Shown here: positions 9,467-18,457 of the stretch, piece after piece
Layout: the number at the start of each line of letters is the position of its first letter
How positions within the stretch are numbered: position 1 is the stretch's first letter
Virus record (IMG/VR): IMGVR_UViG_3300033072_001056
Span: 3,710-67,709 of that record
Length of the DNA stretch: 64,000 nucleotides
Reading direction: 5' to 3' (one strand)
From: a virus
Taxonomy: Duplodnaviria > Caudoviricetes
Program-made: the position numbers and the translations under genes
Notes under the pieces: model-generated
Seen by the model: the letters and a program-made list of their open reading frames with translations, nothing else
Told to the model about the DNA's origin: nothing
The model's database searches: none

Positions 9467-9744
9467 GACAAATGTAACTTCTTTTTAATTTCTTTGATTT
9501 CTTCTTCGGTCGGCGTTGCTTTCGCTGAAAGTATGCTGTTTAATCGATGTTGGTTAATGTAAGTAGCTTTTGATAGTTCAATTATTTCAACTTGCAATTC
9601 TTCCATTTGTTCCTTAACATCATTGGCAAATTCTTTTTTCGAGAAGTTTAAAGAGCTTTCGATAATTTCGAATTTTTCACGCTCTGAGTTAATCGAGCTT
9701 GTAAAGTAAATTTCTTTAAATCTTGGTTTTCTTTTTGTTTTCAT
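9463..9744 (-). CDS. Hypothetical protein
   Basis: ORF track; ATGA coupling. Confidence 0.55.
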   Translation of the reverse strand: MKTKRKPRFKEIYFTSSINSEREKFEIIESSLNFSKKEFANDVKEQMEELQVEIIELSKATYINQHRLNSILSAKATPTEEEIKEIKKKLHLS

Positions 9745-9889
9745 TTGAAATGATTTTAAAATAGCCTTTTAGCATCAAAAATAGCGAAATCGCCAATAGT
9801 AACAAAGCAAAAGGAGGATGTTTTTCAGTAGCACAAAGCCAAATGGAAACAGCAATTAAAAGCGCAGTTCCGGAAATTAGGTTTTTCAT
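9716..9889 (-). CDS. Small membrane protein (57 aa, not in ORF track)
   Basis: Manual translation with two hydrophobic segments. Confidence 0.45.
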   Translation of the reverse strand: MKNLISGTALLIAVSIWLCATEKHPPFALLLLAISLFLMLKGYFKIISNENKKKTKI

Positions 9890-9892
9890 ACT

Positions 9893-10054
9893 TTATTCTT
9901 CTTCAGGGTTGGCGTCTATCGTTGTCGGAAAACCAAACAACCAGCTAATTTCGTCTACAATACAATCTCCGTATTCAGGACAATCATATTTTACTAAAAT
10001 TTCTCTCAATTTTTCGTGAGTTTCTCTTGCTTTTTCTTCTGTTATCTGTGCCAT
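9893..10054 (-). CDS. Small acidic hypothetical protein (53 aa, not in ORF track)
   Basis: Manual translation MAQITEEKARETHEKL... Confidence 0.45.
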   Translation of the reverse strand: MAQITEEKARETHEKLREILVKYDCPEYGDCIVDEISWLFGFPTTIDANPEEE

Positions 10055-10059
10055 GTGGT

Positions 10060-10428
10060 TTAGTTTTTACGTTCAAAAATTAGGTTTTCAATATTCGGGT
10101 AATTTTCAATCGGGTTTTGTGTTTTAAATACGTGATTGAAGCGTTGTTTTATTTCGGAGGCGCGTTGCTTAAATGTGCTTTCTTGGCAAATCGGCAATTT
10201 TAACGCCTTCATCTTTACAAATTGGTCAAACAGATTTTGTTTTGCAATACTGCATAAGTATAGCGGTTTTTTATTGATTTGCCAATAACCGTTGTTTAAG
10301 TCAATGCTTATCGCTTCACTCTTTGCTTCTTCTGCTTCAAATCTTTGCAAATCAATTTCTTTTTGCGCCTCTTTTATTGCGTTTTGTATCAATGACAGTA
10401 CGCTGGATTTTCTTTTTGTCTTTTGCAT
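10060..10428 (-). CDS. Hypothetical early protein
   Basis: ORF track. Confidence 0.6.
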   Translation of the reverse strand: MQKTKRKSSVLSLIQNAIKEAQKEIDLQRFEAEEAKSEAISIDLNNGYWQINKKPLYLCSIAKQNLFDQFVKMKALKLPICQESTFKQRASEIKQRFNHVFKTQNPIENYPNIENLIFERKN

Positions 10429-10442
10429 CGCTTTTGTGTTTT

Positions 10443-10712
10443 TTAAGTTGTTATTATACTTCTAATTGGCAAATGCTTATATTTAAAATCGCTTAACATC
10501 ATTTGTCCGACCGCTTCCGCTTCGTTGATTGCAAAGCAAGTAAAATGAGGAGTGTCGATATTGCTATTGTGAGAGTTTGCTTTTGAGTTATCAACCACAA
10601 TACAAAAAACGCTGCTGACTAAATGACGAATTGTGTTGTAATTTTCGTGAAGTTTTTCAAGTCCTTCGCCTTGCATATATTCTTTTGGTTTAAAGTCTAA
10701 AATTGTACTCAT
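10443..10712 (-). CDS. Hypothetical early protein
   Basis: ORF track. Confidence 0.55.
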   Translation of the reverse strand: MSTILDFKPKEYMQGEGLEKLHENYNTIRHLVSSVFCIVVDNSKANSHNSNIDTPHFTCFAINEAEAVGQMMLSDFKYKHLPIRSIITT

Positions 10713-10725
10713 AGCCTTGTTTTTT

Positions 10726-11553
10726 TTAGTTAGTGTATAGCTCGATTATCTTTTGCGAGAAATTGCCGGAGTTTAAAAACTCTTTGAATTCAGCATTAAA
10801 TTTTGCGTTGTACTCGTCTAAAAATTTCGGGTTGTATTCGTTTTTATCGCGGTACTCGGTGCAAAATGTTTGAATTTTTAAGTGTTGAGTTTTTTCTTCT
10901 TCATCAATCAAACATTCATTGGCTATTTTGTTTCGATCGGCTTCGGTTATCCTTTTGCATTCGGCAGCAGTAATTTTTTCTAATTCGCCAATTGACAATT
11001 TTCGGAGTCCAAAAGGCACGGCATCCAAATCAAAGTCACAAGTATATCCAACACCATTTAAGGCGCGTACTAAGTTTTGACAGTCTTCGTAACTGTTTTC
11101 GCTTTTTTCAAATTTGCCAATTATCGTTTGTACTTCGTCCGGCAGCAAATTTTGGCATTGAAACAAATCAAAATCCGGATTAAATACCTCAAGGTCATAC
11201 CCTACTGAGTTTGTCAATTCAAAATACAAATCAATATATTTATTAAAATGTGCATTTGGACTGTTTAAAAAATCTTTGTGCGCTTGCGAATGTTGGCCAA
11301 TATGCGCATAAGACAAAATACAATTGTTGTTTTCGGGTATTTCAGGAAATAACGCAATCAACTCTTTTATTGGTTGTTCGTCCGCTTCAAATGGTGGGAA
11401 TGTGGCAATTTTGAATATTACTTTTGTTTTCATAGTGTTGTTTTCGAAAGGGTGACAATAAATACATAAATCACAATCTTTTTCTTCTATAAAATTAATT
11501 TCTGATTTTTTAAAGCCGCCGCCGCAGTTTTGACAGTTGTAAGATGTTTTCAT
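10726..11553 (-). CDS. Multi-domain early protein with N-terminal CxxC..CxxC zinc ribbon
   Basis: CQNC...CDLC; central ALFPE...SYAHIGQH segment. Confidence 0.6.
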   Translation of the reverse strand: MKTSYNCQNCGGGFKKSEINFIEEKDCDLCIYCHPFENNTMKTKVIFKIATFPPFEADEQPIKELIALFPEIPENNNCILSYAHIGQHSQAHKDFLNSPNAHFNKYIDLYFELTNSVGYDLEVFNPDFDLFQCQNLLPDEVQTIIGKFEKSENSYEDCQNLVRALNGVGYTCDFDLDAVPFGLRKLSIGELEKITAAECKRITEADRNKIANECLIDEEEKTQHLKIQTFCTEYRDKNEYNPKFLDEYNAKFNAEFKEFLNSGNFSQKIIELYTN

Positions 11554-11584
11554 AGTGTTGAGGTTTTAAATTTTTGCTTTTTTA

Positions 11585-11893
11585 TTAATTGTTTACTAAA
11601 AAACCTCTTTGCAAAGGTTCTTTGCTTTTGTTTTCGTGCGCAAATGGTACAAAGTTTAAAAACGAAGTTTTTTGTTTAACAACATCAAAATAAAATTGAT
11701 TTTTTGCCAATAAATAACCGGCTTTATTTAATTCGCATTTTACAGTTCTTTGAGTGCCTTGTTCATTTTCGTTTTTTGTGACTTCATACATTTTCATTTT
11801 CTTTTTTTCGTCAATTGAAACTAAAATATAATAGCCTTGTTTTTTTAGATTTTCGGCAACTTCTTTTTGTTCTTGAGTTATTTGCGTATTCAT
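11585..11893 (-). CDS. Hypothetical early protein
   Basis: ORF track. Confidence 0.55.
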   Translation of the reverse strand: MNTQITQEQKEVAENLKKQGYYILVSIDEKKKMKMYEVTKNENEQGTQRTVKCELNKAGYLLAKNQFYFDVVKQKTSFLNFVPFAHENKSKEPLQRGFLVNN

Positions 11894-11911
11894 TTTTATA
11901 AGGTTTTAAGA

Positions 11912-12274
11912 TTAAACTACTGTGTTTTCGTAAACTGTTTTTAAAGCTTCTTTTTGCGTATCATTTGCGGAAAGTAAAAGAAGTAAATATATATACTCGT
12001 CAAAATCTACAATACACTCGGACGGATCCGAATAGTAGCGGTTAAATTTACCGTTTAGCGGATTGAAACTAAAAAACGTTTCTTTTCTTATTCCGTCAAT
12101 ATCGCCTACAATACGGCTGTGAATATTTGCTACTTTTATGCTCGGAGTCCACTCGGCCGACAAATAAACAACACCAAAAGGCGTTTTTATTTCGGTGCGC
12201 AAATTGTCATCAAAGCCAACACCATAAGAAGTATATAAGGCTTTTATTTTATCGTTGAATTGCTTTGCGTTCAT
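11912..12274 (-). CDS. Hypothetical early protein
   Basis: ORF track. Confidence 0.55.
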   Translation of the reverse strand: MNAKQFNDKIKALYTSYGVGFDDNLRTEIKTPFGVVYLSAEWTPSIKVANIHSRIVGDIDGIRKETFFSFNPLNGKFNRYYSDPSECIVDFDEYIYLLLLLSANDTQKEALKTVYENTVV

Positions 12275-12382
12275 AACTGTAAATGTTAAATGTTGTTAAT
12301 TTGCTAATTGTTAAAAATCGTTCCCTTTGCCGGTTTTGCTCCGAATGAATTGCCAACTATGCAACAAATGGAATTTAAAAGG

Positions 12383-12577
12383 TTAGTTTTCTCGCCAATC
12401 TTTTGTGCAGCGTGACGAACGATAAACGTTCATTCCAGCCATTTGATATTCGTTAACCATTTGACGCACGTATTTTCTAAATTCTCGCCAATTTTGGTTA
12501 GGTTGCTGAGTAAATTCGTCAACGGTTTCAATACCTTGAGAAGTACGCATATTTAAATAAATTGTTTCGGGTTTCAT
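12383..12577 (-). CDS. Hypothetical early protein
   Basis: ORF track. Confidence 0.6.
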   Translation of the reverse strand: MKPETIYLNMRTSQGIETVDEFTQQPNQNWREFRKYVRQMVNEYQMAGMNVYRSSRCTKDWREN

Positions 12578-12598
12578 TTTCGTAATTTTTAAAGGTTA

Positions 12599-12817
12599 TT
12601 AAATAGGGTTATCGATTTGCTTTGCTAATAAAATCAAATCATATTCTTTGTTTGGTTTTATTCCATTGACTGAAATAATACTTATATGTTCGTGGGTGTC
12701 ATACAATTTATATTGCGCATTTTGGAAATTTTCCGCCTCAACTGTTAAAGTAAATTTTTGACGTTTGCCGATTGCACCGATTTTAACAGCTAATATTTTA
12801 AAGATATATTTTTTCAT
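12599..12817 (-). CDS. Hypothetical early protein
   Basis: ORF track. Confidence 0.55.
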   Translation of the reverse strand: MKKYIFKILAVKIGAIGKRQKFTLTVEAENFQNAQYKLYDTHEHISIISVNGIKPNKEYDLILLAKQIDNPI

Positions 12818-12819
12818 GA

Positions 12820-13053
12820 TTAATTGATTTTAAAGTTAATTTTGTGTACTTCGAACATTGAGTTTAAGTGCTTTTTAGAACATTTTTTTAGTTTGAAATT
12901 AAAAAGCTCCATTATATAAAAATCGTCGTTTTTTTCTAGTTCGTTAGTTAATATTTCCGGAATTGTTTCGAGGTTGCAAACGTATGAACGTGTAAAAAAT
13001 CCGGTTCTAACTATTACAAAAACCCTACATTTATTGTCAACTGTTGTTATCAT
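12820..13053 (-). CDS. Hypothetical early protein
   Basis: ORF track. Confidence 0.55.
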   Translation of the reverse strand: MITTVDNKCRVFVIVRTGFFTRSYVCNLETIPEILTNELEKNDDFYIMELFNFKLKKCSKKHLNSMFEVHKINFKIN

Positions 13054-13065
13054 AATTTTACCTTT

Positions 13066-13401
13066 TTAGCTGTTAATTGATTGGTTTGAAAATTCTAATA
13101 ATAACGCTTTTACTTTTTTCTCTTTTGTTTCGCGTTTGAAAAAATTACTTTCCATTATCTTTTTGGCTTTTGCTTCGAAATGTTTTTCTAGGTCTCTATT
13201 GCTTTTTTTGCCAATTGGCGAATCTCCCGAAGAAAGGCAAAAGTTGCCTATTTCGTAATAATCACACGCCCAACCTTCAACCCTTACGGAATAACCAAAA
13301 GCAGGCGTAAAATAAAGCAGGTTTTTTATTTCTTCGGCATGTACGTGTATAACGTTTAAAAATCTGTTATTGATTTCTTTTTTTGTAAATTTTACTTTCA
13401 T
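13066..13401 (-). CDS. Hypothetical early protein (GW.CDYY motif)
   Basis: ORF track. Confidence 0.6.
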   Translation of the reverse strand: MKVKFTKKEINNRFLNVIHVHAEEIKNLLYFTPAFGYSVRVEGWACDYYEIGNFCLSSGDSPIGKKSNRDLEKHFEAKAKKIMESNFFKRETKEKKVKALLLEFSNQSINS

Positions 13402-13438
13402 AAGTATAAAATGTTCGGTATTAAACCCGTCCCCGTTG

Positions 13439-13648
13439 TTATTGTAAATGAATAAAGTTGATTAAGTCTAAAATGATAAGGAAAACAGCGCAAAGGGCAA
13501 AAGTTAAAAACAAAAGTATTTTGCCCTCGTTTTTAATGTACCAAATTTTAACGGTTCGCCAATTGAAGGAAAACCACAAGGCAAGCCCAAGCCCAAACAC
13601 AAGTATAAAAACCCACAAGCCGACAAAAATAGTTTCGATAGTTCCCAT
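13439..13648 (-). CDS. Small two-TM membrane protein
   Basis: Two hydrophobic helices. Confidence 0.6.
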   Translation of the reverse strand: MGTIETIFVGLWVFILVFGLGLALWFSFNWRTVKIWYIKNEGKILLFLTFALCAVFLIILDLINFIHLQ

Positions 13649-13653
13649 AACTC

Positions 13654-13821
13654 TTAATTTGATAAAATAATAAATTCGACTTGCTCATAAGTGTAAAGAT
13701 CTGTTTCACCAAAACTTTTCGCCCTGTTAAGTGTTTCTTGCTTTTGGCAATTAGCACCCGCAAAAATGCCAAAGACAAAAACAAGGCAAAAACATAATAA
13801 TATTATAAGTGCGTTTTTCAT
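13654..13821 (-). CDS. Small exported/membrane protein, first gene after the early promoter (55 aa, not in ORF track)
   Basis: Manual translation MKNALIILLCFCLVFVFGIFAGANCQKQETL... Confidence 0.55.
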   Translation of the reverse strand: MKNALIILLCFCLVFVFGIFAGANCQKQETLNRAKSFGETDLYTYEQVEFIILSN

Positions 13822-13867
13822 ATAAATAAAGATTAAATTAATATCGTTTTTGTTGTTGTTTCTGTAG

Positions 13868-13897
13868 CAAATTTAGGTAAATGTATATTATACGCAA
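13868..13897 (-). promoter_or_regulatory. Leftward early promoter
   Basis: TTG-N19-TAAATTTG on the minus strand. Confidence 0.8.
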
Positions 13898-14836
13898 TAC
13901 GTTTTTAATCGTTTGTTTCTATTGTATATAATAAAGTATATAAATAAAACTTATACACCAATAAAATCAAGGCTTCGCAAAGGGTTGAAAATTGTAAAAA
14001 ATGAAATTATTTTCAAAAATTGTCGTTTTCAGCGTAAAAAATCAGAATAAAAAAGGGTAAAAATGACAGTTTCAACCGTTAAAAATAGGTTATGAAATGC
14101 CGTAAATGTTGGATTTTATCGATTTGCCAAGTATACAGGCACGGAAGGAACAAACAAAGCAGCGGAACTGCACCAACAAAATAAAATTAAACAGATCAAA
14201 AAAAATAACATTCCCACCCTGTTAACGTTGAATTATTGCAACGTCTAAAAATCAAGCTAAATAAAGACGTTTAAAAGCGGTTAATTAATATTAATAAGAT
14301 AAAGGTTTAAAAATTGCTAATTCGCCAAGAATAAAGGCAAAACAAACACAACAAAACACCAAACACCGGCAAAGCCGGATAAACGCAAACAATAAAAAAA
14401 AATAACACATTTATTATTTACCTAAATTTATAAGTTTCAGAATGTTTTGAAAGTTTAGAAGTAAGGAGATTATCTCTTACAAAAGCCTTAAACCCTTATA
14501 AATAAAGGCTTCAAAGCGTTTTAAAGCTAGATAAAAACAAAAATTTTCGGAATAAAATACAGTTGATGAAATATAAAATCCTAACAATCAATCATTTACA
14601 AATTGGTTTATATAATCATAGTAAGATTAACAATTGATTAAACTAAGCGCGATAAAATCATAAAATTGCCTATTGCTTTTGCGTAACATCCTAAAAATCA
14701 GTTTATTAAAGCCAAAATGTTTTCAGAATAAAATTGAAAAAACACACCCCACCGGATCGAAATTTTCGTTTCCTTTTTGGGCATCGACCGGCTGAGCGGT
14801 AGGAGAATCCCATCCCCTAACACACACTCACTAAAT

Positions 14837-14930
14837 CAAAACGACTGGTAAACAAACGGTAAACTTCTTGTATACTTCAGGTAAACTCAAAGAAAACTTA
14901 AAGTTTACTTGTGGTTTACTTAAAGTTTAC
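14837..14930. repeat. Array of GTWWAC hexamers phased at exactly 11 bp
   Basis: Hexamers at 14848, 14859, 14870, 14881, 14892, 14903, 14914, 14925. Confidence 0.85.
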
Positions 14931-14938
14931 TACATTTG
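14909..14938 (+). promoter_or_regulatory. Rightward promoter
   Basis: TTG-N19-TACATTTG. Confidence 0.8.
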
Positions 14939-14965
14939 CATTGTAATAATTAAAACATTAAAATT

Positions 14966-15274
14966 ATGTCAAGATTAAAAATTCAAAAGAACAAAGAGAA
15001 GATTGTAAAACTTCTAAACGAGAATATTGATTTGGAGTATAAGCTTCTTGTAAAAGGAATGGCGAAAACTTACGATAAGGAAGTGAATGTCGGAACCAAA
15101 AAAGAGCCTAAAATGGTAAATGTTACATTTGGTATGTGGTATGAGTGGTTTAAAGACGAAGACAAACCGAATGAAAAAGGCGTTAAGGTTGAAAGGAATA
15201 TGCCGATTGCAATTAACGGTAAACCATCAAATTATTACGCTCCATTGAGGTATTACACTGTAGAAGATATTTAA
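14966..15274 (+). CDS. Hypothetical protein
   Basis: First gene after the rightward promoter. Confidence 0.65.
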   Translation: MSRLKIQKNKEKIVKLLNENIDLEYKLLVKGMAKTYDKEVNVGTKKEPKMVNVTFGMWYEWFKDEDKPNEKGVKVERNMPIAINGKPSNYYAPLRYYTVEDI

Positions 15275-15286
15275 AATTTATAATTT

Positions 15287-15727
15287 ATGAAAACAAAGAG
15301 CATATTTTACATTTACGGAGAGCCGACGACTACAATATCATTTAAGGTTCCTGAGTCAAAGAGAAAGGAGATAATGGAAGATATTAGGGAGAATGTGCTT
15401 TCCAAGTATGAGAATCCGGCAAGGATTGATATTGAGGTCAAAAAGCGGAAAAATAGCAACGACATTGCTTCTGTGAAACCGGCAGAAAAAAAATCGACCG
15501 CAAGCGGTGATGATTTAAAAGAACAGGCGCCGGCGATTAGTTTCGAAAGGATAGCTAGTTTACCATTAGGAACAGAATTGGTTGAGGGATTCGGATCAAA
15601 AGGCGCGATTAGAAAAGACGAAAATGGCAATTATTACACCAAGCGTACTTATAATGGCAAATTGGAGATATTGAAGCATAATGATTATGATTGTGCGGTT
15701 GTTTATGCAAACGAAAACTTTAAATAG
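15287..15727 (+). CDS. Hypothetical protein with ribbon-helix-helix-like N-terminus
   Basis: TTTISFKVPESKRKEI. Confidence 0.5.
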   Translation: MKTKSIFYIYGEPTTTISFKVPESKRKEIMEDIRENVLSKYENPARIDIEVKKRKNSNDIASVKPAEKKSTASGDDLKEQAPAISFERIASLPLGTELVEGFGSKGAIRKDENGNYYTKRTYNGKLEILKHNDYDCAVVYANENFK

Positions 15728-15729
15728 CT

Positions 15730-15984
15730 ATGAGTATATTTTGCGAATTAGGATTTCACGACTATCAAGAAACGGGTCATGGAATAAGCTGGAGGCTTCA
15801 CGAGAAAAATCAATGGCAAAGATGTCATTTTGGATGGAAAGAATTCAGGAGATGTTCTCGATGCGGTAAAATGCAGTTTAGGGAAATTTCAACTTCTTAC
15901 AGTAGAATTACAAGCGTAAGCAATTGGCTAGAAATGAACAAATCGGCCAAGAAAACTTTGGAAATGTATCAAAACTTTAAATAA
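15730..15984 (+). CDS. Small zinc-ribbon protein
   Basis: FCELGFHDY...RRCSRCG. Confidence 0.55.
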   Translation: MSIFCELGFHDYQETGHGISWRLHEKNQWQRCHFGWKEFRRCSRCGKMQFREISTSYSRITSVSNWLEMNKSAKKTLEMYQNFK

Positions 15985-15991
15985 CAGTATT

Positions 15992-16336
15992 ATGGAATTA
16001 AAAGCTAACAAGTTAAGAATTGGCAATATTTTATTTTGTGCGGAAAGAGATATTCCATATAGAGTTACCGCAGAGGATATTTTAGTAATTGATGATGGAA
16101 GTTCTAAGTCAAGACCAGTGCCTTTGACAGATGAAATGCTTTTGAAGTTTGGATTTTTAAGAGAAGGTGATTTTTTAGAATTACCAATAAATGAAGATTT
16201 AAGTATTATTTGGGTAGGGTATTTAGGGGTTATGATTGGTGGTTATATAAGTTTTTTGATTGACCAAGACAAAATGCACCAACTCCAAAACCTTTACTTC
16301 GCACTAACCAACGCGGAACTAACCGTAAACTTATAG
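15992..16336 (+). CDS. Hypothetical phage protein
   Basis: LRIGN...PVPLTDEMLLKFGF...HQLQNLYFALT. Confidence 0.65.
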   Translation: MELKANKLRIGNILFCAERDIPYRVTAEDILVIDDGSSKSRPVPLTDEMLLKFGFLREGDFLELPINEDLSIIWVGYLGVMIGGYISFLIDQDKMHQLQNLYFALTNAELTVNL

Positions 16337-16339
16337 GCT

Positions 16340-16600
16340 ATGAAAACAGAAAAAAGAGAACACAAATACGAATTCAAGACTTACAACGGCCGAGTTAAAA
16401 TTTATGTAGACGGATATGTGATGTTTTGTTTTAATCAGATTGATTTTGCGGGTTACTACGCGTACAAAGATGATCAAAATTTGTATGGTCTTGATATTTA
16501 CATGAATCGAGAAGGAGCCGGGAAATGCTTAATGGAGATTTACTTTAAGACAAAAGAGAATTGGCTTGGTGTATTGAAGTTGTTAGATGAAAATATGTAG
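16340..16600 (+). CDS. Hypothetical protein
   Basis: ORF track. Confidence 0.6.
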   Translation: MKTEKREHKYEFKTYNGRVKIYVDGYVMFCFNQIDFAGYYAYKDDQNLYGLDIYMNREGAGKCLMEIYFKTKENWLGVLKLLDENM

Positions 16601-16641
16601 GCTATACTTGGCGAATTACTAAAATTTAAACTGAACGAAAT

Positions 16642-16974
16642 ATGAGAAACTATTTAGTAGTAAAAGACGGATTTCAGCAAGTTGTTTCTGCTGATTCAAT
16701 ACACAGGAACATAGAAACTGGGCAAACATACTTTTGCCGAGAAGAACACGACGCGATCATAGCTATATTCCCAAAAGAAGCAATAATTGTAGAGGTAGAA
16801 GACTTAACCGAGTACCAAAAACTTCTTCAAGAAGCAATTAGCTGGCTAGATCACGTTAATCACAATGATAAAGAGATGGATTTAGAAGAATATGGAACGC
16901 TTGATTTTTGGAAAAAACAATTTCAAAGGGATTGGCTAAAACGATTCGAATATCTCTACGAGAAAACCTTATAA
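16642..16974 (+). CDS. Hypothetical protein
   Basis: ORF track. Confidence 0.6.
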   Translation: MRNYLVVKDGFQQVVSADSIHRNIETGQTYFCREEHDAIIAIFPKEAIIVEVEDLTEYQKLLQEAISWLDHVNHNDKEMDLEEYGTLDFWKKQFQRDWLKRFEYLYEKTL

Positions 16975-17015
16975 ACAAATCTTATTGATTCGCAAATTAC
17001 CATAGAGAAATAGTA

Positions 17016-17048
17016 TTTGACTCAAATGGTTATTATAGTGTAGATTTG
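17016..17048 (+). promoter_or_regulatory. Promoter
   Basis: TTTG-N21-TAGATTTG. Confidence 0.6.
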
Positions 17049-17109
17049 TAGAAAATAAATGTGCATAGTGGCGGAGTTGGTAAAAGCACAATTAGCAAAT
17101 TGAAAAAAA

Positions 17110-17391
17110 ATGAAAATATCAAAAGAACTTTTCTGTAGTAGCATCGAAGCACTAAGAAAACAAAATCACGAAGACATAAAAAACGGGGAATTAATAAGAG
17201 AAGCTTTTGGTGCTGAAATAGGTTTGTTGTACAACAATGAGATTTTGATCTGCGCAATGATTGATTTGCTTTCTACTGAATTTGATAGAGAGGAACTTAC
17301 TCATTATTGTTTTTGTTTGAATTTTGGAAGAATTGGCGAAGAAGTAGAAACTACGGAGCAATTTTACGAAAGACTTGTAAACTCAAAATAA
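17110..17391 (+). CDS. Hypothetical protein
   Basis: ORF track. Confidence 0.6.
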   Translation: MKISKELFCSSIEALRKQNHEDIKNGELIREAFGAEIGLLYNNEILICAMIDLLSTEFDREELTHYCFCLNFGRIGEEVETTEQFYERLVNSK

Positions 17392-17397
17392 TCGAAA

Positions 17398-18240
17398 ATG
17401 GCTGAAAGAAAATCAAAAGCGTTCCCGGGAATGAAAAAGTCGCCTTATCCTAAAAGAAGTGTTGACAAACGTAAAAAAAACGGTAGAAAAAAAGGCAGTT
17501 CCAACAAGTTAAAGGGCGAGATAAAAGACAAAGTCAATTTGCCAAATAGCGCAAGAGCCGGATTCCGAAACGAATCAAACATTAACAGCGCTGAGTTTAT
17601 GAAAGTATTGCCCGGTGAAACGCAAGAGGAGTGGGAATTAAGAACGAGAAAGCGAAGAAACAACGTTCACTTTAATAAAAAAATCAAAGTGGCCAAGAAC
17701 GGTTCGCTTCTATTGATAGAAAAAAAACTATCAAAAGTTGGTAGGGATAGAAAAATATCGATGCAAGTAGAATTTATTGAAAGACCACACATTTTCTTGG
17801 AGAATTATGCGTTTGTTATGCGCTGGGCAACGGTCAAATACGATATTTTGAAAGATGATATTGAGTTAGGGATGGTATTTTACCGAAAAAAAACGTTCAC
17901 AAAAGAAGAATTTGATTATGTTTGTTCTCAATTAGGCGCCGTAAGAGGTGTTTGGAGCCGATTTAAGAAGAAAGAATACGTTGTGAATATGTCGATAATG
18001 AGTTCTGATGGCATTATTAAGGAAACCGAGCATTATTCACTTTCTTTGTGGTTTGCCAATGCAATTAAGCGAATTTACGGAATGATTACAAAGACTACTC
18101 CGATAATTCTAAACAAGCGATTGGACTATCCAAGAATGGAAGCCGAACTGATAGAGAAAATAGAGGAGATGAATCAAGAAATCTACGATATACTATCGGG
18201 AAACAAAAAGCCCGATACATTTAACTCATCTAAAATTTAA
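17398..18240 (+). CDS. Hypothetical protein with very basic N-terminus (possible nucleic-acid binder)
   Basis: K/R-rich first 110 aa. Confidence 0.55.
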   Translation: MAERKSKAFPGMKKSPYPKRSVDKRKKNGRKKGSSNKLKGEIKDKVNLPNSARAGFRNESNINSAEFMKVLPGETQEEWELRTRKRRNNVHFNKKIKVAKNGSLLLIEKKLSKVGRDRKISMQVEFIERPHIFLENYAFVMRWATVKYDILKDDIELGMVFYRKKTFTKEEFDYVCSQLGAVRGVWSRFKKKEYVVNMSIMSSDGIIKETEHYSLSLWFANAIKRIYGMITKTTPIILNKRLDYPRMEAELIEKIEEMNQEIYDILSGNKKPDTFNSSKI

Positions 18241-18277
18241 TTTAAACCCGATTGCAAGGTTAAATGCTACCAATAAA

Positions 18278-18457
18278 ATGGAAAAAATCGAACAATTAGA
18301 AGTGTTAGTTGCCGAGGCAAGAGTTGAAGCGACTAAATTTTACGAAAACGGAAACGCATCAGCAGGAACCCGTTTGAGAAAGAAAATGGCAGAAATTCAA
18401 GTTGTGACAAAACAAGTCCGAGTTGAAGTGTCAGAAATCAAAAACGCCGACAAGTAA
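18278..18457 (+). CDS. Histone H1-like Hc1-family protein (59 aa, not in ORF track)
   Basis: MEKIEQLEVLVAEARVEATKFYENGNASAGTRLRKKMAEIQ...; KFY..GN..AGTR.RK signature; TAATG overlap with the next gene. Confidence 0.75.
   Translation: MEKIEQLEVLVAEARVEATKFYENGNASAGTRLRKKMAEIQVVTKQVRVEVSEIKNADK

Noticed and set aside
17059-17138. tRNA D-arm-like sequence (GTGGCGGAGTTGGTA) that also reads SGGVGKST (Walker A) in one frame
   Set aside because: There is no T arm or 3' acceptor strand, the frame is only 25 codons with a GTG start, and a competing 14-codon ATG frame exists. It cannot be told apart from chance or a remnant.
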